A stretch of 64,000 nucleotides of DNA, taken from the NCBI GenBank assembly GCA_965223845.1, contig CBDCXR010000004.1:4064001-4128000 (forward strand), written 5' to 3'. Below the pieces are notes generated by a model that saw only the letters and a list, made by a program, of their open reading frames with translations, did no database searches and was not told the DNA's origin. Source of the stretch: Planctomycetota bacterium (GTDB lineage: Bacteria > Planctomycetota > UBA8108 > SXIK01). Every line of letters starts with the position of its first letter. Positions within the stretch are counted from its first letter, which is position 1. Shown in pieces: positions 50,201 to 59,090 of this stretch. The position numbers and the translations under genes are program-made.

Positions 50201-50529
50201 AGCTCCAGTCCGCCGGCGGCCGCGTCGTGGGCGAAAACGACGGCGCTTCCGATAGCGCCGCGTTCGTCGACGATTTTCTCCAGTGGCTGCCGGAACAGCT
50301 CGATACGCTCCGCGGCGCGGTGGACACACTCGACCGAGCCGCGATCGAGCCGGTTGCGCATTCGCTCGTCGGGATCGCCGGAGTCGTCGGCTGCAGCGAC
50401 ATCCAAGTCGCGGCCGAGCACGCTCTCGAAGCCACGGTCAACGGCGACGACGAGTGTCTCAAACGCTGCATCGCGACCCTCATCGAGTGGTGCGACACGG
50501 CGCTCGCGTGTTACTCGAGCGAGACCTAG
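47281..50529 (+). CDS. Hybrid sensor histidine kinase (MASE1-CHASE-HisKA-HATPase-REC-HPt)
   Basis: Multi-TM N-terminus with WP.AG/WW.GN-like motifs, CHASE (ALEW..RV, EYFPV, GLDL), SHEIRTPL, NAVKFT, GGTGLGL, LMDIQMP, AHSL.G. Confidence 0.92.
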   Translation: MGADPIAVRRDLPSRVPTTESGQIGQIVVVATASFLATRLCLFVDSSTGYTASAWGPAGLALACVISLGPRVAIGVWFGSLVALVTGADLDWAPTGILAPIVSSAVWIQILVSERVIRWWTERRERRSQDDLASVVVLGGPIGGSLAPALGTVGLWFFECLPREEIFASASVWWIGNVVGIAVFAPVFLLWERRPQRVSRGRRIAVTACLLVLFATAKAASYFAEEIDDRRLAVDFDRSSDAILNSAQKDLEWCSELVDIVRRFCETSRPTSEQFAAFARSKVGGCVQALEWIARVDGSERDEFVAAVRVDGRPDYEIRDLTENRELLPADVRDEYFPVLFAVPGAENARAFGLDLASDSTRRAALESARDSGRAVATARITLVEEQRESAGVLLFQPAYRTASVPETVEERRRHLLGFALGVLRVDDVLGPTRHRLAAANLSLGVRDVTDGINVPLLEIGEDQLGDSASRTIAAAQRERTDTISIGDRRWSFRFRTTPAFSRHRARAIFPVVSVVAVILVMSIAWTLLASLSRAWEMERLIVQLSYANADLERSVEKRKQAERSLNEARLAAEYANELKSTFIANVSHEIRTPLTAIIGYSDLLLEAPESSDAPSGEARDHVSTIRNTGEYLLTLINDLLDLSKIRSGHLEVTREPCSPIQLVEEVVDLLRVPAAEKGLQIIVKYLDSVPETIETDPIRFRQILTNLIGNAVKFTDEGRVEVRVSILESLSDFFCVEVRDSGIGIEPDDLNALFEPFSQANGDAARKYGGTGLGLSISKELSILLGGGIVCQSQPGSGSSFLVSIDPGSIKGVRRVEDPAAEWSRRRATEQRTESSVRKVLDGARVLVVDDVEANRLLVSRVLERAGAATATAASGEQGIESTLRADEDGEPFDLILMDIQMPGLDGFSATEELLRRRPESRIVALTAMGSAEAEIECLRAGCVGCVRKPFHHRELIQTVVDYVDGLPDSAGELQSAGGRVVGENDGASDSAAFVDDFLQWLPEQLDTLRGAVDTLDRAAIEPVAHSLVGIAGVVGCSDIQVAAEHALEATVNGDDECLKRCIATLIEWCDTALACYSSET

Positions 50530-50654
50530 ATTCGTCCGGGCCGGCTCTCTACGTTCGACGAGCTCCCGATCGGATCGGACGAGTTCGACGAATCGCCGAC
50601 TCCTCGCCAGTTTGATGTCGGGAGACGATGGCGGTGCCGCCTAGCGCACCTTCG

Positions 50655-52928
50655 TCATCGGAGCGACTCGATCCACTCGCCGATGACGCGCGCTGCCTCC
50701 CAATCGATCTTCGACGACGCCAGCGTCGGCATCTGTCCCGCGCCACGCTTGAGCATCCGATGGAGGAGCTCCGACTCTTGCGGACTCCCCGGAACGATCA
50801 GTCGGGATTCCGCCGATCCGATGCGTCCTTGACCCGGCGGGGCGTCGATGAGCGCCGCGCGATCGAGCGGCGTGTTGAAGCGGAGATCGGCCTTCGAGAG
50901 GCCGGTTCCACCCGGAGCATGACACATCGCGCAGTTCGCGTCGAGATACGCTCGCGCACGCTTCTCCACCGGTGCGGACCGATCACCCCACACCGGATAC
51001 GCGTCGAGATGGCCGGGATCGGGGAGTGCCTCGGAGAAGACCCCGAGCCGCTCGAGCGCGGCGAGCTGGTTCGCCTGAAAGTCAGCAAAGCTCGTCGTAA
51101 AGTTGAGCTGGCGGGTAGTTACGCCGAGGACGAATCCCGCCGATTGCGTGTGGCACGCACGGCAGTCGGAACGGCTCGGGAAATACCACTCCGCCTCGGC
51201 GTCGCGTCCCCCGTGGGAGACGGGGTAGGAGCGCGTGAGCGCCGCGTCCAGCAGCCGGGCGTCCGTCCGCTCGTCGTTCCAGAGGTACGTGTAGCCCTCC
51301 CAGCCGCGCGCGGCGTGAACGAGAAGCCGAGTCTCGAGGCGATGGTCTCGCGGGGCGCGGCGACGACGCTTGCCCGAGTCGAGCGTAAACGTCTTCACGA
51401 AGACCGTGCCAACGGGGAAGCTCCACGCGCCCTTCGCGTCGAAGTCGATCGTCCCCCCCGCGGGGAGTGCCAGGTAGCGAATCTTGTCGGTGCCGTCCGA
51501 CCAAAGCGGCACGGCGACGTCGTACGGAATCAGCCCCGGCGCGGGAGTCATCGACTTCAGATCGGAGAAGAGACCCGTCTCGGAGAGAAGCCGCGGGAAG
51601 TCTTCCGTTCGAACGTCTTCACTCTGTCGACGCCGGAAGCGGTAGAGTCCGCCCTGGTCGAGTCGAAACACCGTGCCGAGGTCGAGCTTCGTCGTGTCGC
51701 GATCGCTTTCGAGCGCAGCGAGATACACCTCGCCGGCCTCGTCCTCGCCGAACGCGGTGATCGGAAGATTGCTGCGAGCGATGAGATGATTCGACGACAC
51801 CTTCTCGCCGTCGTAGCGAAGCGCCCACAAATTGAACGTGACAAAGTCGCCGTAGATGTAGGCACCGTAGAGCTCCGGCAGGAGCTCCCCGCGGTAGACG
51901 TACCCGCCGGTGATCGATTTCCCTTCGTCTCGGGGATATTCCCATATCGGCTCGACGAACTCCGTGCCCGTCCGCGGTGCGTCGGGCTTCCAATCGTGGC
52001 GCCCTTCGCGGATCTTCCAGCCGTAGTTGCCCCCGGGACGGATGAGGTTGATCTCTTCCCACTTGTCTTGGCCTACGTCAGCGAGCCACAGGTCGCCCGT
52101 GAGTCGGTCGAACGAAATGCGCCACGGATTGCGGATTCCGTACGCCCAGATCTCCGGCCGCGCGCCCTCGGTCGCGACGAACGGGTTATCGGCGGGAACG
52201 CTGTACTCCTTCCCGCCACTCTTCTGGTGGACGTCGATCCGGAGAACCGTTCCGAGGAGAGTCGAGAGGTTTTGCCCGTGGCCGAACGGATCGTCGCGCT
52301 TCCCGCCGTCGCCGAGGCCGATGTAGAGCATGCCGTCGGGGCCGAACTCGATCGCGCCGCCGTTGTGGTTCCCGAACGGCTCGTCGATCTCGAGGAGGCG
52401 CTCCTCAGAGGCGGGATCGCCGCGCGACGCATCGCCATCGAGAAGACGAAACCGAGCCACGACCGAAGTCTTCTTCTTGTTGCCGTCCTCGCCCGGCGTG
52501 CGTGTCGAGTAGTAGACGTAGAATTCGGCCACTTCGGGAAACTTCGGATCGAAGGCGAGACCGAGGAGCCCCTCCTCGAAGTGCTCGTACACCGCGCGGT
52601 CGCGGAGATCGAGAAACACGCTCGAGCTGTCGACATCGTCGCGATTTTCGAACGCGCGAATGATCCCGCGCTGCTCACAAACGAACAGACGGTTCGATCC
52701 GTCGCCGGCGTTGGCGATCGCGACCGGACGATCGAACTTGAGCTTGGGAAATGCGCGTACGACTTCTAGGGGAGGGAGGGGATCGGGTGAGCCGAGAAGT
52801 CGACTCGTGTCTACCGCACGAAACGTCGCCGGCGTCGGCGCTGCCGGCTCGGGGGAAGCCAGTACGGAAACTGCGCACGCGAAGAGGAGCGGAAGCGAGC
52901 ACGCGAATCGTCCGGAAGTGCGAAACAT
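50655..52928 (-). CDS. PQQ-dependent sugar dehydrogenase (GSDH-like) fused to di-heme cytochrome c domain
   Basis: HNGG.I.FGPDG.LY, YGIRNPWR.SFD, DVGQ..WEE, GGNYGW; CRACH and CAMCH. Confidence 0.9.
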   Translation of the reverse strand: MFRTSGRFACSLPLLFACAVSVLASPEPAAPTPATFRAVDTSRLLGSPDPLPPLEVVRAFPKLKFDRPVAIANAGDGSNRLFVCEQRGIIRAFENRDDVDSSSVFLDLRDRAVYEHFEEGLLGLAFDPKFPEVAEFYVYYSTRTPGEDGNKKKTSVVARFRLLDGDASRGDPASEERLLEIDEPFGNHNGGAIEFGPDGMLYIGLGDGGKRDDPFGHGQNLSTLLGTVLRIDVHQKSGGKEYSVPADNPFVATEGARPEIWAYGIRNPWRISFDRLTGDLWLADVGQDKWEEINLIRPGGNYGWKIREGRHDWKPDAPRTGTEFVEPIWEYPRDEGKSITGGYVYRGELLPELYGAYIYGDFVTFNLWALRYDGEKVSSNHLIARSNLPITAFGEDEAGEVYLAALESDRDTTKLDLGTVFRLDQGGLYRFRRRQSEDVRTEDFPRLLSETGLFSDLKSMTPAPGLIPYDVAVPLWSDGTDKIRYLALPAGGTIDFDAKGAWSFPVGTVFVKTFTLDSGKRRRRAPRDHRLETRLLVHAARGWEGYTYLWNDERTDARLLDAALTRSYPVSHGGRDAEAEWYFPSRSDCRACHTQSAGFVLGVTTRQLNFTTSFADFQANQLAALERLGVFSEALPDPGHLDAYPVWGDRSAPVEKRARAYLDANCAMCHAPGGTGLSKADLRFNTPLDRAALIDAPPGQGRIGSAESRLIVPGSPQESELLHRMLKRGAGQMPTLASSKIDWEAARVIGEWIESLR

Positions 52929-53080
52929 GAAGATCAATCCTCGGCGAATCGGTCGGCGGGTGTTTCGAGGCTAAACATTCGGGTAGATGGGTTCCGAACG
53001 GCAGATTATCTTCGAAACGTCGAAGAAGGGCTATACCGATTAGCCGCAGCGCACCGCGCACGAGCTTACTCGCACCGAAC

Positions 53081-53746
53081 ATGGCATTTGTCCACCACCT
53101 TGCCGCGGGCTCACTTGCAGTCGTTTTCGTCGCGACGACTTTCGGCTGCGCAACGAAGAGCGTCTGGAGCTGGGCAACGCGGACTCGCTTTGAGGTGACA
53201 GCGTCCACCGTGAACTGCCTCGGTGCGCGTGTGCTCGAGGAAGCGGGGATCGCTCAGGTCGATTTCGAAGTGTCGCGTGGACGTCCACCCGAATCCGCGC
53301 TGCTCCGCGTCGACGTCCCCATCGAATGGGATCGAATCATCGTCGTCGGCGAGCGCTCCGGCGGCGCGCGATGCTCGCCGCTTCGGACGCCTTACACGGT
53401 AGACGCGGAACCGGAAGCGCCGTTCGACGCCGACGTCTACCGGCTCGAGAGTGCCGTCTTCGACCCCGGGGCGCGGCATCCGCTTTCGTACTTCGTCAAT
53501 CGGGACGGCGTCGCGTCCGTCTACGCATGGGACGAAACCGCCGCGCGCCGTGTCCTCGTGTCTCGTTTCGAAACCGCCGAGACGATCGCCGTTCCTCCCT
53601 CGCCGTTCCAGTACGTGCTCGCGACCGCCGCGACGCCACCGGCCGTCGCCGTCGACGCCGTCGGCCTCGTCTTCTACGTCGCGCTCTGGCCCGTGTGGGC
53701 GAGTGTCGGCATCGGTTACGACACCGATCCGCCGCCGAGCTCGTGA
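53081..53746 (+). CDS. Hypothetical lipoprotein with hydrophobic C-terminal segment
   Basis: Lipobox-like TFGC, host-like codon usage, 4 bp upstream of the fpg start. Confidence 0.6.
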   Translation: MAFVHHLAAGSLAVVFVATTFGCATKSVWSWATRTRFEVTASTVNCLGARVLEEAGIAQVDFEVSRGRPPESALLRVDVPIEWDRIIVVGERSGGARCSPLRTPYTVDAEPEAPFDADVYRLESAVFDPGARHPLSYFVNRDGVASVYAWDETAARRVLVSRFETAETIAVPPSPFQYVLATAATPPAVAVDAVGLVFYVALWPVWASVGIGYDTDPPPSS

Positions 53747-53750
53747 GTCG

Positions 53751-54587
53751 ATGCCGGAACTTCCCGAGGTCGAATGGGGACGAAAGCTTGCCGAAGGGGC
53801 GGCGGTCGGACGCCGCATCCTCAGGCTCGACTGTGCAGACGATCCGATCGTGTTCGAGAAAGTCTCGCGCCGGCGCATTCGCGCCGCCCTCCTCGGTCGT
53901 CGTGTCCTCGCGGTGCATCGCCGGGGGAAACACCTCTGGTTCGAGCTCGACGCGCGCCCCTGGCCGCTCTTTCATTTCGGGATGACCGGCGCGTTTCGCG
54001 TACCCGACGAGGAAGCACTCCCCCTCGCCTCGAGCGCGAAAACGCCGGACCGATCCTGGCCACCGAAGTTCACGAAGATCCGTTTCGGCTTCGAGGGCGG
54101 CGGCGAGCTCGCGATGACGAATGCGCGACGACTGGGTCGGATCCGACTGCGCGACGACCCGGCCGCTGAACCGCCGATCTCTGAGCTCGGTTTCGACCCT
54201 CTGCTCGACCTTCCCTCGGTGAGAGAGTTTCGCCGCGCGCTCAGGTCACGCCGAAGCCCGGTGAAGGCGGTTCTCCTCGATCAGTCATTCGCCGCCGGTG
54301 TCGGCAACTGGATCGCCGACGAAGTGCTCTACCAGGCGCGCGTCGATCCTCGCCGTCGAGCCGCCGATCTCGCCGACGACGATGCCACACGCGTGCGGAG
54401 CGCGCTCCGGAGCATCGTGCGCCGTGCCACTTCGGTCGATGCAGACAAGAGCCGATTTCCCCGTACTTGGCTCTTTCATCGCCGCTGGGGAAAGGCGGAA
54501 CAAGCGAAGACTCCCGCGGGCGAGCGCATCGAGTTCATCACCGTCGCTGGCCGGACGACCGCGTGGGTTCCCGCGCGCCAAACTTGA
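53751..54587 (+). CDS. Fpg/Nei DNA glycosylase, zinc-less (plant/fungal-like) type
   Basis: MPELPEVE, RRGK, HFGMTG, H2TH LLDQ...GVGNWIADEVLYQAR; C-terminus GRTTAWVP..Q with no zinc-finger cysteines. Confidence 0.92.
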   Translation: MPELPEVEWGRKLAEGAAVGRRILRLDCADDPIVFEKVSRRRIRAALLGRRVLAVHRRGKHLWFELDARPWPLFHFGMTGAFRVPDEEALPLASSAKTPDRSWPPKFTKIRFGFEGGGELAMTNARRLGRIRLRDDPAAEPPISELGFDPLLDLPSVREFRRALRSRRSPVKAVLLDQSFAAGVGNWIADEVLYQARVDPRRRAADLADDDATRVRSALRSIVRRATSVDADKSRFPRTWLFHRRWGKAEQAKTPAGERIEFITVAGRTTAWVPARQT

Positions 54588-54608
54588 CCGAAGCTCTCGG
54601 AGCGAAGC

Positions 54609-55583
54609 CTACGGGTTCGGTTCTGTTTTCGCGAATTCGTCGAAGCGCTCGGCGACGCGCCCCTCCTCGGCATCGCCCGGGTGAAACACGAACCGGTAGC
54701 GGAACGTAACCGATTGGTCCGCCTCGATCGTCATGTCGCCCGTGCCCTTTTCCTTTCGCTCGAAGTTGTGGACGCCGAAGGCGTTCGCCGCGACGAGACC
54801 GTAGTCGCGAGCGTGCCACCAGGTCGGGTGCCGCGGATTCGATGGATGGTCGAAAATCGCGACGCCCACCGTGTGCTCGCCGACCGTTCCCCAGTAATCG
54901 ACCCAAGCGGCGCGCTTCCCCCACAGCTCACCGTCTCGCTGCCCCGCGCTGTTCAGAGCCTTCCCGTTCGCCGTCGTGACACCGTGCCGCTCGCTGTTCG
55001 AGAGCCGGAGATTCGGGTGCGTTCGAATCCCCATCGTCCCTTCCTTCGTGTCGCCGAGAACGACCTTGCCCTCCGATGCGACCAAGGTCACCTCGTAGTC
55101 GATCGCCCTCGCTTCACCGAGTGGGAAGAACGTGATCGTTCGCCGATCGGTGCACACCGTGTTTCCGTCCGGCCCGACCCACCGGTTCGTGGTTCGGATC
55201 ACCCCTTTGTCGCCGCTTTCGACTCCGATGAGGTTCTCGTGCTCCGTCTTCCCGGCGCCTTCGTTCTCGTGCCAAAACGAGATTCCGTTCACCTCGCCGT
55301 GCGTGAACCAGAGCGAGCGATGATGCGGATGATCCTTCGCTTCGCCCTCGACCTCCTTCATCGGGTGGTTCCGCGTCATCGGGACGCCGTTCGGCCCGAT
55401 CACCGGATAGAGGATCGGTTTGTTGTTTCCGGCGTAGAGGTATTCGGTGAAGAGCTCGCCATCGATCTCGACGCGAATCTTCCCTTCCGCCCCGGGCTCG
55501 ACCGACACCTTGGGAACGGCGCAGCCGAGTAGAGGACCGGCCGCTACGAGAACCACGGCAATGATTCGAACGTTCGACGTCAT
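54609..55583 (-). CDS. PmoA-family (DUF6807-like) beta-sandwich lipoprotein
   Basis: Lipobox LLGC, KP.LYP, DHPHHRSLWF.HG, DTKEG, DHP.N..HPT.WHARDYGL. Confidence 0.8.
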   Translation of the reverse strand: MTSNVRIIAVVLVAAGPLLGCAVPKVSVEPGAEGKIRVEIDGELFTEYLYAGNNKPILYPVIGPNGVPMTRNHPMKEVEGEAKDHPHHRSLWFTHGEVNGISFWHENEGAGKTEHENLIGVESGDKGVIRTTNRWVGPDGNTVCTDRRTITFFPLGEARAIDYEVTLVASEGKVVLGDTKEGTMGIRTHPNLRLSNSERHGVTTANGKALNSAGQRDGELWGKRAAWVDYWGTVGEHTVGVAIFDHPSNPRHPTWWHARDYGLVAANAFGVHNFERKEKGTGDMTIEADQSVTFRYRFVFHPGDAEEGRVAERFDEFAKTEPNP

Positions 55584-55958
55584 GAACAACTCCCGTTGGA
55601 AAACACGCGAAGGATCCATCGTGGAATGCGACTTTGACCCGGGAACGTGAGGATTCTACCCGAACGTCGTGAGAAAATGGCGACCGAGAACCGTGGCGTG
55701 GATGTCGACAGCGGAACTCGGGAACCGGACGACGAGGGCAGTGTTTTCGACCGATCGTGGTGCACGACGCCGAGGAATCGTGAAACACGCGGGCGCGGCC
55801 CCCGTCTACCCTCGAGGCGCGAAGGAATCGGGACACGCGCTGCCACGTCGGGATTCGCGTTGAGACATCCGACCGAGCACGGCATGCTCAACGAATTGGG
55901 GGACACGCGAACGCCGCCGACAGTTGAGACTCTCTGAGCGGGAGACCGGGAGACGACG

Positions 55959-58199
55959 ATGAAGACTGCACTCGCGATTTCGATCGTGTTTTTTGCCGGG
56001 ATCGCCATCGGGATCGCGGTCGGACCGAGGCTGCTCGATCCGCCGACGCCGGAGCCCGCCGACAGTACTCCCGCGCCCGCGGCAGACGTCACCCAGCCCG
56101 CGCCTGCGAAGCTCGCGGCGACCCCCGAACCCCCGCGCCCGGAGCCGAGCGTCGAGCAGCGCTCGACCCTGCGCGCCGCGCTCGATGCGATTCCCGCGAC
56201 TCAGTACGAGTCCGGGAGCGGGCAGTTCGTCGGACACGTACGCACCGAGGACGGCAAACCGGTCGAAGGCGTTCGGATCCGCGCCGTGCGAAAACGCGCG
56301 AAAGGCTCTGGATCGGGAACCGAAGCGAACCTCGAGGAGCGCGTGCTCGAGCTCGTCGATCAACATCGGTTTCGCGAGAGCACAACCCTCGAGGCGGTCA
56401 CGGACGCGAGCGGGGCGTACACCATCGCGGGCGCGTTCGAAACGGCACGCTACGACGTGAGCGCGCGGAAAACCAACTGGAAGTTCGAGACGGCTCCCGG
56501 ACAGCACCGCCACGACGAGCTTCCCGGAATCACGGTCGACTTCGTCGCAACGCCGCAGTCCGAACTTCGCGTCGACGTTCTGTTCGCCGCCGGAGGCGAA
56601 CCGCACAAGGCGCGAATCGAATACCGCCGCACCGATATGGCGAGTCGTCGCACCTCCTCGAGCTCTTGGTCGCCGACGGATCGGTCGCTCCGACTCGAAC
56701 CCGGCCAGTACTCGCTCCGCGCTCGCGCGGGTGACGACAACGAGTACGCATCGGAGTGGGCGGAGACGACCCTCAGCATCGACTCGGCCGCGAGTCCGCT
56801 CCGCCTGACGCTCAAGACGAGGCCAGGAATCATCGGACAGGTGGTGTTTCCGCCGGGAGAGCGGCCGGAGAACGTGCGCGTCTTCCTCGTTTCTTCCTCG
56901 AGCGCAGATGTCGATCCGCAAGTGCTCCTCCAGAGCGACCGATCCGACTGGCTCTCCCACCACAACAAGTTTCAGTTCTCGTTCAAGGATCTAGAGCCCG
57001 GCGGGTACGTCGTTGGAATGAGCCGCCAGCACAACACCGGAGTCGTGGCGTCGACGTTCGTTGAAGTCACGGACAAGCTCGAGCGCGTCGAGATCGAGGT
57101 CCCCGCGCTCGGCCCCGACGAATATTTCGTTCTCTGGGTACGCGACCCCGCCGGAGAGATCGTCCGCGATTTCAGTACCGGGATCACGTACTACCACGGG
57201 AACGGATCGCACGGCACTTCGCCGGCGACGCTCAAGAAAGACGACGGCTCGACGTGGGTTCTCCGCGAACCGGCGGCCGATGATCTGACCATAGACGAAA
57301 TCGAGCGGGCGGAGCTCCGCATTCAATCCCCGAAGTACGGAAGCAAAACGGCCGCGTTCGACTATCAGTCGGCCGACACGATCGAAGTTCAGTTCGTCGA
57401 TCCCGCGTTCCTCGACGTCACGGTTCGAGGACTCGCCGGGAGCGATCTCGAGGGTCGCCTCGAGGGAGTCCTCGCGCTCACCGAAGAGAACAATGGAGCG
57501 CGGCACACTCGTTACGTCACGCAGCAGTCCGGCCAAGGCTTCGACGGTGACGGACGGAAACGCTTCGGGCCGGTCGAGCCCGGCGAGTACATGCTTCATC
57601 TGCAAGTGCGCCACAAGCGCCACCAGCATCGGGTGATTCATGAGGAAAGGGTCCAAGTCGGCACGGGCGAAAACGCAGTGACCGTTCCGCTTCCTGCGGT
57701 CTACACACTCACCGTGCGGATGCCGGAGGGTCGCGAGAAGATGCGGATCCAGATCCAGAAGTCCGGCGGAGGGATGTACGACAACGGGACCCCCGACGAG
57801 TCGGGAACGCTCGTCTTCGAGACGCTCGGAGCCGGCGAGTACAAGCTGACTTCGTGGGGAGGTCCGAACGGCGGCCAGATGACGGTTCGCGTCCCCGAAA
57901 CCCTCGAGGTCACGTTCGAACCGGAAGAGATCAATGCACTCGAGGTCAAGATCACGAGCGCCGAGGGAAAGCTAGCCCAGGCCGGTCTCGAAGACGGTGA
58001 TCTCGTCGTCGGAATCGACGGCACGGAGTTTGAGTCGATGCTTCAGATGCAGACGCTCTTCGTGACCGCAATGTCGAAGGGTTCCGAGTCGACGCTGATG
58101 GTAGATCGCGGCGGACGGCGCCTCGAGGTCAAGTTGAACGTTCAGGCGATGCAGGATCCGAACGGCATCGGCGGAAACATGGAGCCCGCCTCTCGTTAG
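55959..58199 (+). CDS. Membrane-anchored protein with carboxypeptidase-regulatory-like repeats and C-terminal PDZ domain
   Basis: G.V...DGKPV.G..., TDASG.Y, LEPG.Y repeats; AQAGLEDGDLVVGIDG PDZ motif. Confidence 0.8.
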   Translation: MKTALAISIVFFAGIAIGIAVGPRLLDPPTPEPADSTPAPAADVTQPAPAKLAATPEPPRPEPSVEQRSTLRAALDAIPATQYESGSGQFVGHVRTEDGKPVEGVRIRAVRKRAKGSGSGTEANLEERVLELVDQHRFRESTTLEAVTDASGAYTIAGAFETARYDVSARKTNWKFETAPGQHRHDELPGITVDFVATPQSELRVDVLFAAGGEPHKARIEYRRTDMASRRTSSSSWSPTDRSLRLEPGQYSLRARAGDDNEYASEWAETTLSIDSAASPLRLTLKTRPGIIGQVVFPPGERPENVRVFLVSSSSADVDPQVLLQSDRSDWLSHHNKFQFSFKDLEPGGYVVGMSRQHNTGVVASTFVEVTDKLERVEIEVPALGPDEYFVLWVRDPAGEIVRDFSTGITYYHGNGSHGTSPATLKKDDGSTWVLREPAADDLTIDEIERAELRIQSPKYGSKTAAFDYQSADTIEVQFVDPAFLDVTVRGLAGSDLEGRLEGVLALTEENNGARHTRYVTQQSGQGFDGDGRKRFGPVEPGEYMLHLQVRHKRHQHRVIHEERVQVGTGENAVTVPLPAVYTLTVRMPEGREKMRIQIQKSGGGMYDNGTPDESGTLVFETLGAGEYKLTSWGGPNGGQMTVRVPETLEVTFEPEEINALEVKITSAEGKLAQAGLEDGDLVVGIDGTEFESMLQMQTLFVTAMSKGSESTLMVDRGGRRLEVKLNVQAMQDPNGIGGNMEPASR

Positions 58200-58532
58200 C
58201 ACGCTTCCGCTGCGTGCGGCGCCACCTCCGTTTCGGTTTTCGGCTCGCGGCGCTCGCCCCTTCGCTCACCGAATCCGGTGAGAAACGGTGGCTAGACGAG
58301 CGGCGTCGTCCGATGTTCGGGCGAAGCTCCAGAGAACCGCGCAGTTTTTCGCGCGCCTCGGTGCGACGTCGAGCCGCACGTCGCGACGCCGAGAGTCCTC
58401 CCGTCGCCGCTCACGACCGTAGTACAATGGAGCTCGGCGCGACGGGCGTCATGGCGATGCCGACGCGAGCGAGTGAAGAGACCCACCCGAGCCGTCCGGC
58501 TCAGACTTCGTGTCCAGCCTGAGTGAACTCCC

Positions 58533-59090
58533 ATGAACGAGCAGGCCGAAGCATCCGTGTCCGGTGAGCCACCGCGGCGCGGATTCCTCGCCGGCCTTTT
58601 GGCCGTCATCACCGGAACCGTCGCGGGCCTCGTCCCTTTGCTCGCCGGACTCTTTTTCGCCGCGGACCCGATGCGCCGGAAGGGCGAAAGCGGTGCTCCG
58701 TTCATCCCCGCGGCGAGCCTCGATTCGGTGCCGGCCGACGGCCGCCCGCGAGTGTTTCCCATTCGCGCCGACAAGCAGGACGCATGGAACCGTTTCGTGG
58801 ACGTTCCCGTGGGCGCTGTGTACTTGATCCGGCTGGCGGAGCGCCCGGACGAAGTCATCGCGTTCAACACCGTCTGCCCGCACCTCGGTTGTTTCGTCGA
58901 TACGGTCGAGGACAACAGCTATCTCTGTCCCTGCCACAACAGCCGGTTCAAAGCGAACGGTGAGCGCGACAAGGACTGCGCCGCCGCGCGCGGACTCGAC
59001 CGACTCGCTACGAAGATCGAGGACGAGCGGATCCTCGTTCAGTTCCAGAACTTCCTCACCGGCCGCAAGGACAAGGTCCCGGTCTCATGA
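58533..59090 (+). CDS. qcrA: Rieske [2Fe-2S] subunit of a cytochrome bc complex
   Basis: PRRGFL Tat anchor, CPHLGC, CPCH; ATGA overlap with the cytochrome b gene. Confidence 0.92.
   Translation: MNEQAEASVSGEPPRRGFLAGLLAVITGTVAGLVPLLAGLFFAADPMRRKGESGAPFIPAASLDSVPADGRPRVFPIRADKQDAWNRFVDVPVGAVYLIRLAERPDEVIAFNTVCPHLGCFVDTVEDNSYLCPCHNSRFKANGERDKDCAAARGLDRLATKIEDERILVQFQNFLTGRKDKVPVS

Noticed and set aside
54609-55583. PmoA family label suggesting methane oxidation
   Set aside because: Soluble lipoprotein with no multi-TM topology and no pmoB/pmoC nearby.
58423-58428. TACAAT -10 box upstream of qcrA
   Set aside because: Plausible, but no recognisable -35 element, so not called as a promoter.
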